From Candidatus Omnitrophota bacterium (GTDB taxonomy: Bacteria; Omnitrophota; Gorgyraeia; Zapsychrales; Zapsychraceae), in assembly GCA_023247445.1 (NCBI GenBank), contig JAHFGL010000004.1, positions 72,968 to 136,967 on the forward strand: a stretch of DNA of 64,000 bases, given 5' to 3'. The number at the start of each line of letters is the position of its first letter. The stretch's first letter is position 1. This document shows positions 11,172-20,193 of the stretch, piece by piece. The translations under genes and the position numbers were made by a program. The notes under the pieces were generated by a model that saw only the letters and a program-made list of their open reading frames with translations, was not told the origin of the DNA and made no database searches.

Positions 11172-11585
11172 ATGACTACAGATCGATATAAAAAAGGTTG
11201 GGCAACGCTTGGGAAGATTAATAGTGACGCCGGCAAGCGGATTATGAAGTCGCTAAAGGATATCAGTCCCGACATGGCGCGGCTTGTTATTGAGTTTCCG
11301 TATGGTGATATTTATTCACGTCCACAGTTGGATTTAAAAACACGAGAGCTTGTCACAATCGCATCTTTAACAACGCTTGGCTTTGCCGCGCATGAATTAA
11401 AAGCCCATGTCAATAATGCCTTAAACGCTGGTTGTAGCAAAGAAGAAATCGTTGAAGTCATTATGCAGATGAGCATTTACGCTGGTTTTCCTGCTTCCTT
11501 AAATGCGCTTTTTGTCGCCGCTGATGTCTTTGCCAAAATAAAATCAAAGAAAAAGAATGGAAGAAAATCTAAAAGAGGGCATTGA
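11172..11585 (+). CDS. Carboxymuconolactone decarboxylase (AhpD-like) family protein.
   Basis: ATG at 11172 with an AGGGGAA RBS. The sequence (...[28 protein letters not shown]...[20 protein letters not shown]) fits the CMD/AhpD-like fold. Confidence 0.7.
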   Translation: MTTDRYKKGWATLGKINSDAGKRIMKSLKDISPDMARLVIEFPYGDIYSRPQLDLKTRELVTIASLTTLGFAAHELKAHVNNALNAGCSKEEIVEVIMQMSIYAGFPASLNALFVAADVFAKIKSKKKNGRKSKRGH

Positions 11586-11730
11586 TTATTACATCGATGA
11601 ATGTGGGCGATGGGTCTTTACCCGCGAATATCATTTAAAGCGCGGATTTTGTTGTGAGAATGGTTGCAAGCATTGTCCTTTTGGTGCTACCGATAAATTA
11701 CATCGTAAAGAAAATGAGAGTGAAGAATGA
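11557..11730 (+). CDS. Unlisted small Cys-rich protein of 57 aa, a CxxC/CC zinc-ribbon-like hypothetical.
   Basis: It is not in the ORF track because it is under 60 aa. Translation is [57 protein letters not shown]. It has six Cys residues in a C..CC..C.HC pattern, overlaps the end of the CMD gene, and its stop overlaps the next ATG (ATGA). Confidence 0.5.
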   Translation: MEENLKEGIDYYIDECGRWVFTREYHLKRGFCCENGCKHCPFGATDKLHRKENESEE

Positions 11731-12482
11731 AGAAAGCTATCTTTAATTGGAGCGGCGGGAAAGATTCATCGCTTACGCTTTATGACGTCCTACAAAAAAA
11801 GGAATTTGATATTCAGTGCCTTTTAACATCCGTAAACACCCAATACCGTCGTATTTCAATGCATGGGGTACGCGAGGAATTGTTAGAAGCTCAGGCGAAA
11901 AGTATTGGAATCCCGCTACATAAGTTAATGGTCCCCGAAATGCCTTCGATGGAAGATTACAATAATCTCATGTCTAAAACATTAAAGCCGTTTGTTAAGA
12001 ATGGCGTTGAGCATTCCATTTTTGGTGATATTTTCCTGGAAGATTTAAAGCTTTATCGCGAAGAGCAGTTGGCTAAAGTAAACATGAAGGGTGTTTTTCC
12101 TATTTGGAAGAAAGATACAACAAAACTCGTAAGAGATTTTATTGATTTAGGTTTCAAAGCCGTTTTGGTTTGTGTTAATGAGCGTTTCCTAGATCAATCT
12201 TTTGCTGGACGCGCAATTGATAAAAGTTTTTTAAAGGATTTGCCTAAGAATGTCGATCCGTGTGGCGAGAATGGTGAGTATCATTCCTTTGTTTATGACG
12301 GCCCGATCTTTAAAAAGCCAATTGCTTTTAAAAAAGGAGAGGTTGTTTATCGAAATTATAAACCCGTTGCCTGCTCACCCAATACTTCCTCGAATGATCA
12401 GTACTCTGCGAATAGTTCCATGCAGAATGTTGACACAGGTTTTTGGTATTGTGATTTGTTATCTAACTCGAATAATAGCTGA
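11727..12482 (+). CDS. PP-loop ATP-pyrophosphatase of the MJ0570/Dph6-related family (annotated as diphthine-ammonia ligase-like in bacteria).
   Basis: An SGGKDS PP-loop at the N-terminus (IFNWSGGKDSSLTLY). Length and layout match the MJ0570-type ATP-binding domain. Confidence 0.65.
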   Translation: MKKAIFNWSGGKDSSLTLYDVLQKKEFDIQCLLTSVNTQYRRISMHGVREELLEAQAKSIGIPLHKLMVPEMPSMEDYNNLMSKTLKPFVKNGVEHSIFGDIFLEDLKLYREEQLAKVNMKGVFPIWKKDTTKLVRDFIDLGFKAVLVCVNERFLDQSFAGRAIDKSFLKDLPKNVDPCGENGEYHSFVYDGPIFKKPIAFKKGEVVYRNYKPVACSPNTSSNDQYSANSSMQNVDTGFWYCDLLSNSNNS

Positions 12483-12509
12483 TAATTAAGTGCCTAAGAA
12501 AATAATTAC

Positions 12510-12538
12510 TTGACTTCTTATGGGAAGTTTTCTATATT
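12510..12538 (+). promoter_or_regulatory. Putative sigma70-type promoter for the riboswitch-btuB operon.
   Basis: TTGACT at 12510-12515, a 17-nt spacer, then TATATT at 12533-12538, directly upstream of the riboswitch-like leader. Confidence 0.4.
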
Positions 12539-12574
12539 AGCAAAGTTTCTTACTGCTCTTTTGGATGAATAAAA

Positions 12575-12720
12575 TTTTCTATGTGGTCTCTCATAAGTTT
12601 TTGGGGAGTTAAAAGGAAATCCTGTACCAGTCAGGAACGGTCCCGCCGCTGTATCTAGGGAAGTCAAGCCTAGGAGTCAGAATACTGCCATATAGTTAGT
12701 CAATTAACTGCGCGCGACAG
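12575..12720 (+). promoter_or_regulatory. Cobalamin (adenosylcobalamin) riboswitch aptamer, Rfam RF00174-like.
   Basis: The leader contains ...AAAAGGAAATCCTG...AGTCAGGAACGGTCCCGCCGCTGTA...AGTCAGAATACTGCC.... This matches the conserved B12-element core (GGTCCCGCC(A/G)CTGT B12 box and the AGTCAG..CTGCC 3' strand). It sits directly upstream of the btuB/btuF/btuD/btuC-like genes, which is the classical genomic context. Confidence 0.7.
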
Positions 12721-12763
12721 TGTTAATTGAATATATATTAGGGAACAAGAATCAGGGTGCATT

Positions 12764-12801
12764 CCCAATCGAAAATAACTTCGATTGGGATTTTTTATTT
12801 T
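12764..12801 (+). terminator. Intrinsic terminator that acts as the riboswitch expression platform.
   Basis: A perfect 9-bp stem, CCCAATCGA (12764-12772) paired with TCGATTGGG (12781-12789), with an 8-nt loop. It is followed by ATTTTTTATTTT and lies immediately before the AAGGAGG RBS and GTG start of the receptor gene. Confidence 0.75.
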
Positions 12802-12814
12802 AAGGAGGATTAAA

Positions 12815-14800
12815 GTGAAGAAGATTATTTGTATTGTTTTTTGTTTGTTGTTAATGAGTGTGGCTACAGTTAAAGCAGAAGAGGCCGCTGAAGATTTAGG
12901 TAATATTGTTATTACTGCCAGCCGCATGGCGCAATACGATTATAAGGTGGCGGGGAATGTGACCGTCCTTGACCGTAAATATATCGAGGCCTCTAACGCA
13001 CAGAACATTCCCGATCTACTCAAGCAGGGATTGGGCGTGCATGTGGTTGATAACAGTTCCACTAAAACAACCACGATTGATATTCGCGGATTTGGTGACA
13101 CTGCTTCGCGAAACGTTTTAGTTTTAGTCAACGACCGTATTTTAAATACCGTTGATATCTCCAGTCCTGACTTAACCCAAATTCCACTGAGCTCTGTTGA
13201 ACGGATTGAAATTATCCGTGGAGCAGGATCTGTTCTTTACGGAGATCGGGCGGTTGGTGGAATTGTGAATATCATTACTAAAAAAGGAACAGGGCCTTTA
13301 ACGGGACGTTTCGGAACTTATTTTGGCAGTTACGATCGCCGGGCAACCGATGTGGAAGTCTCTGGATCTAAGAATAAACTCGGATATTATTTTTACTCAA
13401 AATACAATGATGATCATGGTTATCGTCAAAATAGCGATGTCCTTTCCAAAGATTTTAAAACTCGCCTTGATTACGATTGGTTGCAAAAGATCAAAGTGGA
13501 TGTGGACTACTCCTATCACGAAGATCAATATGGGTTCCCAGGTGGACTCAGTGGGGCTAATTTATCTGCCATGGGCCCACGGGCTACTACGACACCGAAT
13601 AATTTTGCAAGAAGCAAGGATAGCAGTTTAAAAACAGGTTTTGCCATTACTCCTTGGTTGCAAGATATTTATTATGGTCAATTTGTTCTTGATCTTTATT
13701 TACGAGACCGTGATGTGTTTGATAGTTTTTCTGGATTTGATACCGGCCGTGGCACACGAACAACGGGTATCACCGGTAAATATGTTTTTGATCATACGAT
13801 TTTTGATAAGCAATTTAATTTTGTCACAGGTGTCGATATTTATGATCATGAAACAGATATCCAGGGAAGCGGCAGCAATACCGATGATCTGACGATATCA
13901 AGAACAGATTTTGGTGTTTTTGGTTTTGCAGAATATGAAGCCCTAAAAAATCTTTTTGTTAATGGCGGCGGTCGTTACTATCAAGCTAAATATGCCTTTA
14001 GCCAACGTAACGGTGTAGCTGTCGATGAGAGGCAAAAGCCCGACGTTTTGGTTTATATGGGCGGATTAAAGTATGAATATGCGAAGGGTTCTAATGTGCA
14101 TGCTAGCGTACAACGAACATTTCGTTTCTTAGCGACCGATGAATGGTATAGTTCTTTCTCGGGAACTCTTAACACGGATTTAAAGCAACAAAAAGGGATC
14201 CAGTATGAAGTCGGTCTTAAACATAATTTTGCTGATAAGGTTACTTTTACGGTGACTCCTTATTGGATTGATAATCAGGATGAAATTTATTTTGATCCAA
14301 GCAACTTTGTCAATACAAATTATGATCGAACCATAAGACGGGGAGTTGAAATTGGACAAGAAACTAAGCTTTCAAAATTGATGCCTATCCCTTTTGTAGA
14401 TGAATTAAATTTCATCACCAATTATAATTTGCAAAAAGCCCAATTTAAGGGAGGGGCTAATGATAAAAAAGATATTCCACTGGTTCCACATCAACAGTTT
14501 AGCGGAGGATTTTTAACAAGATTCTTAGACCATTATAATTACTCCGTGATGGGCAACTATGTTGGCGCGCAGTTTGCTATTAACGATTTAGGCAACGTTA
14601 GTCCAAAGATTGAGCCATATTTTACTCTGGATACTAAACTCAGTTATGAATTGCCTAATTGGGAAGTTTATGGTGCAATTAATAATATTTTTAATCAACA
14701 ATATTCATCCACGGTTGTTTATTCGACCGGTAGCGGGGCACAAAGTTTTTATCCATCCCCTGGACGTAATTTTAACGTAGGGGTTAATGTGAAGTTTTAA
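12815..14800 (+). CDS. btuB: TonB-dependent outer-membrane receptor, a BtuB-like cobalamin/corrinoid receptor.
   Basis: GTG at 12815 with a strong AAGGAGG RBS. Features are a signal peptide, a TonB-box-like NIVITASR, a plug domain and a C-terminal beta-barrel ending in an aromatic residue (VKF). It lies behind the cobalamin riboswitch. Confidence 0.85.
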   Translation: MKKIICIVFCLLLMSVATVKAEEAAEDLGNIVITASRMAQYDYKVAGNVTVLDRKYIEASNAQNIPDLLKQGLGVHVVDNSSTKTTTIDIRGFGDTASRNVLVLVNDRILNTVDISSPDLTQIPLSSVERIEIIRGAGSVLYGDRAVGGIVNIITKKGTGPLTGRFGTYFGSYDRRATDVEVSGSKNKLGYYFYSKYNDDHGYRQNSDVLSKDFKTRLDYDWLQKIKVDVDYSYHEDQYGFPGGLSGANLSAMGPRATTTPNNFARSKDSSLKTGFAITPWLQDIYYGQFVLDLYLRDRDVFDSFSGFDTGRGTRTTGITGKYVFDHTIFDKQFNFVTGVDIYDHETDIQGSGSNTDDLTISRTDFGVFGFAEYEALKNLFVNGGGRYYQAKYAFSQRNGVAVDERQKPDVLVYMGGLKYEYAKGSNVHASVQRTFRFLATDEWYSSFSGTLNTDLKQQKGIQYEVGLKHNFADKVTFTVTPYWIDNQDEIYFDPSNFVNTNYDRTIRRGVEIGQETKLSKLMPIPFVDELNFITNYNLQKAQFKGGANDKKDIPLVPHQQFSGGFLTRFLDHYNYSVMGNYVGAQFAINDLGNVSPKIEPYFTLDTKLSYELPNWEVYGAINNIFNQQYSSTVVYSTGSGAQSFYPSPGRNFNVGVNVKF

Positions 14801-14818
14801 GTTAGGACAGAAATAAAA

Positions 14819-15724
14819 ATGATGAAGAAGATTGTTGGGATATTGCTGTGCTTGATTCTATTTGGATTCGGGAATCTGCCTGCGATAGCCCAACAATCTT
14901 CGGTTGTTCCTTTCCCAAAATATCAACGTATTATTTCTCTTGCTCCTTCGGGTACCGAAATTCTCTTCGCCCTTGGGTTAGGGGATCAAGTCGTCGGTGT
15001 AACCCGCTATTGCCGTTTCCCTCCAGAGGCTCAACAAAAAACAATCATTGGAACATTTTTGGATACTAATTTTGAATTAGTCTATCGGCTTAATCCAGAT
15101 TTGGTTGTTTTACTTAATACCGAAATGGGCCCTAAATTAAAGTTGGAACAAATGGGGTTTAATGTCTTGATGCTTGAGACAAATAAAGTAAGCGACGTCA
15201 TTGAGGCGATTACCAGAATCGGTTCGTATTGTGATCGCAAGGCACAAGCCACCGAGATTACGGATCGCATCAAGGAAAGAATTCAGGATATCCAATCTAA
15301 AACGAAGAGTTCATCGCGCCCTCGTGTGTTGGTGACCTTTGCCCGGACGCTAGGTGAAGGGAATATTAATAATGTTTATGTGGCTGGGACAAAATCTTTT
15401 TTTCATGATATTATCACAATCGCTGGCGGTCAAAATGCGTATAATGGATTAGAGGCCATTGCTAGTCCCGTTGTTTCCGCCGAAGGGGTTTTACAGATGA
15501 ATCCCGATGTTATTATCGAAGTTCTGTCAGATTTAAAAGAAACAAATTTAAATCCAGCTGAGGTGATCAAAGATTGGGATACCTTGCCTGAACTTAAAGC
15601 TTATCAAAATAAACAAATTTATATTTTCACCGATGATTATTTAGGTATTTCTGGCCCGCGCATTACGCAAACCTTGGATCGCATCGCCCGATCTATCCAT
15701 CCTGAAATCAAATGGGATCCTTAA
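14819..15724 (+). CDS. btuF: ABC transporter periplasmic substrate-binding protein of the BtuF/FecB cluster (cobalamin/siderophore type).
   Basis: Signal peptide, then ISLAPSGTEILFALGLGDQVVGVTRYC, typical of the BtuF/FhuD class III binding proteins. Confidence 0.8.
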   Translation: MMKKIVGILLCLILFGFGNLPAIAQQSSVVPFPKYQRIISLAPSGTEILFALGLGDQVVGVTRYCRFPPEAQQKTIIGTFLDTNFELVYRLNPDLVVLLNTEMGPKLKLEQMGFNVLMLETNKVSDVIEAITRIGSYCDRKAQATEITDRIKERIQDIQSKTKSSSRPRVLVTFARTLGEGNINNVYVAGTKSFFHDIITIAGGQNAYNGLEAIASPVVSAEGVLQMNPDVIIEVLSDLKETNLNPAEVIKDWDTLPELKAYQNKQIYIFTDDYLGISGPRITQTLDRIARSIHPEIKWDP

Positions 15725-16515
15725 AGATGAAAAAAAACATCGTTACGATTCAGGGATTTTCTTTCTCTTACGATCAAAAGAAAGTTTTAGATCAGATTAC
15801 TTGCTTCATTGACGAAGGAGATTATGTCTCGATTATTGGCCCCAATGGCGCGGGTAAATCAACTTTACTCAAATGTTTAAATCGTATTCTTACGAGTCAA
15901 GAAGGTGAAATTCATTTATTTGGTCAAAAGCTGTCGGGCTATAAACAAAAAGAGCTAGGAAGATTGATTGGATATGTGCCGCAAGGCCGTGAACAACTTT
16001 TTCCGTACACAGTTTATGAATTTGTGATGATGGGCCGCTATGCGTATGTTCCGGCTTTTTCTTATACCACCGCCGAAGATCATCGGGCTGTGGAACAAGC
16101 TCTTTCGATGACAGGCATTATGGATTTAGCAAAGCGCCCTGTAAATGCCTTAAGCGGCGGTGAACGGCAAAAGGTTTATCTGGCCGGAGCTTTAGCGCAA
16201 GAACCGAAAATTCTTTTATTAGATGAGCCGACAACCCATTTAGATCCTAAGCATCAAGTGGAGATTCAAAAGATGATTTGGGATATTTCATCGCAATGCG
16301 GTATGACGGTTATTCATGTGACGCATGACCTGCAGCATCTATGTCTTGGGCCGCAGAAAATTTTAGCCTTAAAAGAGGGGCGTTTAATATTTTCTGGACC
16401 GTCTGAGGAGATATTAACACCGGCTAATTTAAAAACAATTTTTGGAACAGCATTTGTTTTTCTTCCATTTCCATCCAGCGGCAAGAAATTCATCGTTGCC
16501 GAAGCCATGCTATGA
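15712..16515 (+). CDS. btuD: ABC transporter ATP-binding protein, BtuD/FecE-like.
   Basis: Walker A (GPNGAGKST), the ABC signature (LSGGERQKV) and Walker B (ILLLDEPT). An alternative start at 15727 (MKKNIV) is also possible. Confidence 0.85.
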   Translation: MGSLKMKKNIVTIQGFSFSYDQKKVLDQITCFIDEGDYVSIIGPNGAGKSTLLKCLNRILTSQEGEIHLFGQKLSGYKQKELGRLIGYVPQGREQLFPYTVYEFVMMGRYAYVPAFSYTTAEDHRAVEQALSMTGIMDLAKRPVNALSGGERQKVYLAGALAQEPKILLLDEPTTHLDPKHQVEIQKMIWDISSQCGMTVIHVTHDLQHLCLGPQKILALKEGRLIFSGPSEEILTPANLKTIFGTAFVFLPFPSSGKKFIVAEAML

Positions 16516-17534
16516 AAATAATTGTGTTAGATAAAAAGAATAAATTGGCGATATTGTTAATTTTACTTCTGGGATCATTAGTTGTGATCTTCACCTCGCC
16601 ATTTGCAGGCTCAAAATTGATTTCATTAAATAACATTTTTAGCCTTGAACCGGGGAGCAGTGATTTTAAAATATTTTGGGTCATCAGGATTCCGCGTGTC
16701 TTATTGGCTTATATGGTGGGTGCGATTTTGGCGCTTAGCGGAATGGTTTTTCAAGCGGTTTTTCGCAATCCCTTAGTATGTCCATTTACCCTCGGGGTTT
16801 CATCCGGGGCTTCTTTTGGTGCAGCGATTTACATTGCCTTAGGATTTTCATTTACCCTTTTGGGAATTTCAGGGATTTCTTTCTTCTCGTTTTTAGGAGC
16901 AGTTTTTGCCATTGCCATCGTTTGGTATTTATCGAGAATGAAACAAGGTTCATCTGTTGCTAAAATGCTTTTAGCTGGGATCGCTGTGAGCTTTTTCTTT
17001 TTAAGTATCATTATGTTTATTCAGTTTATCAGTGGGGTTATCCAATCACTGCGAATCTCCCGATGGCTGATGGGAGGGATCTACGCATTTGGATATGATA
17101 CGCTTATTCAGGCCAGCATTATCGCTTTCCTGGGACTTTTTATTATTTGGTATTTTTCTCATGATTTAAATTTATTTACAACCGGTGAAGAGTTAGCCAT
17201 AAGCCGTGGCGTTGATGTCAAATTGACAGTAACAATTTTATTTTTCTTAATATCGATTATGATTGGCGGGATTGTGGCCATTTGCGGACCCATTGGCTTT
17301 GTTGGGATCATTGCGCCGCATATTTGTCGTCTCTGGATTGGTCCTGACCATCGATATTTAACCCCAGCAACATTTTTATTCGGCGGTTTATTTTTAGCCC
17401 TGTGCGACACTTTAGCCCGCAGCTTACTGCCACCTACAGAAATTCCCGTGGGTGTTATTACCGCCATTTTGGGTGGACCATTCTTTCTGTGGCTCCTACA
17501 CGCCAAATTTTCCGATTCGAGTATTTCTTTGTAA
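16512..17534 (+). CDS. btuC: FecCD-family ABC permease, BtuC-like.
   Basis: About 9-10 TM segments with FecCD hallmarks (IRIPRVLLAYMVGA, GxxxAxxGxI). The ATGA overlap with btuD indicates translational coupling. Confidence 0.85.
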   Translation: MKIIVLDKKNKLAILLILLLGSLVVIFTSPFAGSKLISLNNIFSLEPGSSDFKIFWVIRIPRVLLAYMVGAILALSGMVFQAVFRNPLVCPFTLGVSSGASFGAAIYIALGFSFTLLGISGISFFSFLGAVFAIAIVWYLSRMKQGSSVAKMLLAGIAVSFFFLSIIMFIQFISGVIQSLRISRWLMGGIYAFGYDTLIQASIIAFLGLFIIWYFSHDLNLFTTGEELAISRGVDVKLTVTILFFLISIMIGGIVAICGPIGFVGIIAPHICRLWIGPDHRYLTPATFLFGGLFLALCDTLARSLLPPTEIPVGVITAILGGPFFLWLLHAKFSDSSISL

Positions 17535-17578
17535 TACAAACACAAATTCTTTTCGTTTTATAAAATTATAAATAATAA

Positions 17579-17606
17579 TTGTGATCGTAACAAAAAATCG
17601 TATTAT
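17579..17606 (+). promoter_or_regulatory. Putative sigma70 promoter giving a near-leaderless transcript.
   Basis: TTGTGA at 17579-84, a 16-nt spacer, then TATTAT at 17601-06. This is only 6 nt upstream of the ATG at 17613. Confidence 0.3.
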
Positions 17607-17612
17607 ATAACT

Positions 17613-18974
17613 ATGCATCCATTAGAAAAACGTAACCTTCTGCAGCCAGACCTGCGATCAATTAATTCCTTAGATGAGTATAAAGCTATCGGCGGCCTTG
17701 TCGGACTTACCCGCGCACGGACAATGAATCCTAAAGACGTGATTGCTGAAGTTAAGAAATCTAGCTTGCGTGGACGAGGTGGGGCGGGATTTCCAACGGC
17801 GATTAAATGGGAAACTGTATCCAATGCGCCCGACGCTAAGAAATATTTGGTCTGCAATTTTGCCGAAGGCGAACCTGGAACATACAAAGACCGCTATTTT
17901 TTAAATAAAAATCCTTATATCGTTTTGGAGGGGATGCTCATTGCCGCGTATGCCATTGGCGCCAAACAGGCGATCATTGGAACGAAAGAAAAGTTTAAGA
18001 AAATTGGTTTAGTCCAGCGCTTGCAACAAGCGATTAAAGAATATGAAGACGCTGGCGTTTGTCCAAAAGGATATTTGCGATTAGTTTTAGGCCCCGATGC
18101 CTATTTATTTGGAGAAGAGAAGGCGCTTCTTGAAGTCATTGATGGCCGCACGCCGATGCCGCGATTTTTTCCGCCATTTTTAGTTGGGGTGGGCGTTGGT
18201 CCAACTGAAACCAATCCTACCGTCGTTAATAATGCGGAATCGTTAAGTCACGTGGCGAATATTTTAGCCAAGGGCCCGGATTGGTTTAAGTCGATGGGCG
18301 ATCAAGATACGCCAGGAACAGTTATTTTGACTTTAACCGGAGATTTAAAACGCCCGGGGATGTATGAAGTGGCAACGGGTCTAACCGTTCGTCAGATGCT
18401 TTACGATTTAGCCGGAGGCCCAGCAACGGATAAACCAATTAAAGCCGTTTTTTCTGGGGTTGCCAATCGTGTCATGACGCCTGATCAATTTGATTTAAAT
18501 GTTAATTTTGGGACGCTACGCACCAACGGCGTTGGACTTGGTTCTGCTGGATTTATGGTTTATGACGAGAGTCGCTGCATGGTTCAGGTCGCTCATATGT
18601 TTTCACATTTTTTGGCGTTTTCTTCTTGCGGTCAATGTGTTCCTTGTAATATGGGAACGCGGGTTATCACCGAGCATCTTAAGAAATTATTAGATCAGAC
18701 CGGCTCACCAGAAGATCGAGATGCGATCCTTTCTGAGACAGCCCGTTGTACCAATCAAACCCGATGCTTTTTACCTCAGCAAGAATCTATTTTAATTAGC
18801 AGCATTATTAAGAAATTTCCTGCCGAATTTACGGCCCATGCCAATCATAGCTGTTCGCTCAGCCATGCACCGCTCGTCATTCCTAAAGTAGAAAATTTTG
18901 ACGACCAATCCGGGCAATTTACATTTGAAAAGTATCCAATTGAGTTTCAAGAACCGCAATTAAGTCCGTTCTAA
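17613..18974 (+). CDS. NuoF-like FMN/NADH-binding iron-sulfur flavoprotein (51-kDa subunit family), present as an orphan.
   Basis: The SLRGRGGAGFPTAIKWE glycine-rich FMN/NADH site, an EGEPGTYKDR motif and the 4Fe-4S motif SSCGQCVPCNMGT. No nuoE or other nuo genes are adjacent. Confidence 0.75.
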   Translation: MHPLEKRNLLQPDLRSINSLDEYKAIGGLVGLTRARTMNPKDVIAEVKKSSLRGRGGAGFPTAIKWETVSNAPDAKKYLVCNFAEGEPGTYKDRYFLNKNPYIVLEGMLIAAYAIGAKQAIIGTKEKFKKIGLVQRLQQAIKEYEDAGVCPKGYLRLVLGPDAYLFGEEKALLEVIDGRTPMPRFFPPFLVGVGVGPTETNPTVVNNAESLSHVANILAKGPDWFKSMGDQDTPGTVILTLTGDLKRPGMYEVATGLTVRQMLYDLAGGPATDKPIKAVFSGVANRVMTPDQFDLNVNFGTLRTNGVGLGSAGFMVYDESRCMVQVAHMFSHFLAFSSCGQCVPCNMGTRVITEHLKKLLDQTGSPEDRDAILSETARCTNQTRCFLPQQESILISSIIKKFPAEFTAHANHSCSLSHAPLVIPKVENFDDQSGQFTFEKYPIEFQEPQLSPF

Positions 18975-18982
18975 CATCTTTT

Positions 18983-20182
18983 ATGTTCTCTCCAGATATA
19001 AACAAGAGCATAAATACCCAAAATAATAAACAAATCTGTGAGCGAATAGCCGCTGGTATTTTTATTGTTTGTCTTATCATTGGCTTTGCCTTGGCCACCT
19101 TACTGTCCGCTGGTGGTGATGAAGTCGTTTCGCTACGCAATATTTTACGATCTAGTTATCTGAAAATTTTTCTTGGCCAATTAACGATGGAGTCAAATAA
19201 TTTCCCCGGTTTTTATTTAATTCAAAAGTTGATTTGTGATATTTCTGGATATCCTTTCAAAGAACATTTGGAAACTCTCTATTGGGGGTGGGCCTTTCGC
19301 GATCTCCCCGCTTCTTTGATTTTGAGAATTTTTCCGAATGTTTGCATTTCTTTAGCCTTTAGCTTTATGTTTTACTTTTTTTCGCGATATTATTCATGGT
19401 GGACCGCAATTTATTCTTTATTTTTAGCCGGGACCTCTTATATGACGTGGATCTATTGGGCCGATGGCCGTCCTTACGCCGTCTGGTATTTCTTAACAAC
19501 AGCTCAATTCTTTACTTTCTTGCGTTTAGTGGAAGACAAAGAAAATAGAAAGTTATGGCAGTGGCTTGTGATAATTAATATTTCATTATGTTTTACCGTA
19601 GTTTTTAGTGTGCTTCAGGTTTTTTTGATATCTTTTTTGTTGTGGCTTATGGTCAGCCGCCAGTGGCATCGCTATATAATGGTTACCGTAATCCCCACTA
19701 TCATTTGTTATCTTTATATTCTGCCAATTCCTAAAAGTTTTAGTACTTTCTTTTTTGATGATAAACCGCCAGAATTGATAAGTTCAGGTTTTTCCAAAGA
19801 AAGATTGTTAATTTTGTTTGTGTTTGGACTAATTCTTTTGTATGTCGGAGTTCAAAAGAAGACGAAAATTTTTGATAGAAAATTACTGTTGGCATCTTTT
19901 CCCGCGCTTATGGTTACCATGTTAACGTTATTATCGGCTATTTTACTGCTCTTTACGTTTATGTTACGTCCCGGGCCGCATGCCCCGGTTGTGAATCGAT
20001 ATATGGTTTTCTTGACGCCAGTGGCGGTTATTGGAACAACCATCTTTTCATATCACTTGATAAAGTCGCTTCGAAACAATAAAACCATACAAATAATGGC
20101 CATCTTAATTTTGGCTGGCTTAATGATCGGTCGTATTCCAGCAACGATCAGTCTTATCAGTACACATTATTTTACTAATTAG
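18983..20182 (+). CDS. Polytopic membrane protein, function unknown. It may be a GT-C-like glycosyltransferase fold.
   Basis: About 10 predicted TM helices, rich in aromatic residues, no soluble domain. Confidence 0.4.
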   Translation: MFSPDINKSINTQNNKQICERIAAGIFIVCLIIGFALATLLSAGGDEVVSLRNILRSSYLKIFLGQLTMESNNFPGFYLIQKLICDISGYPFKEHLETLYWGWAFRDLPASLILRIFPNVCISLAFSFMFYFFSRYYSWWTAIYSLFLAGTSYMTWIYWADGRPYAVWYFLTTAQFFTFLRLVEDKENRKLWQWLVIINISLCFTVVFSVLQVFLISFLLWLMVSRQWHRYIMVTVIPTIICYLYILPIPKSFSTFFFDDKPPELISSGFSKERLLILFVFGLILLYVGVQKKTKIFDRKLLLASFPALMVTMLTLLSAILLLFTFMLRPGPHAPVVNRYMVFLTPVAVIGTTIFSYHLIKSLRNNKTIQIMAILILAGLMIGRIPATISLISTHYFTN

Positions 20183-20193
20183 AAGGGGGGGAT

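Noticed and set aside
12700-13131. Minus-strand ORFs 12700..12927 and 12940..13131.
   Set aside because: They overlap the cobalamin riboswitch/terminator and the N-terminus of the TonB receptor. The riboswitch and receptor explain this DNA better.
17159-17887. Minus-strand ORFs 17159..17545 and 17603..17887.
   Set aside because: They are antisense to the FecCD permease and the NuoF-like gene respectively. Both sense genes carry clear family signatures.
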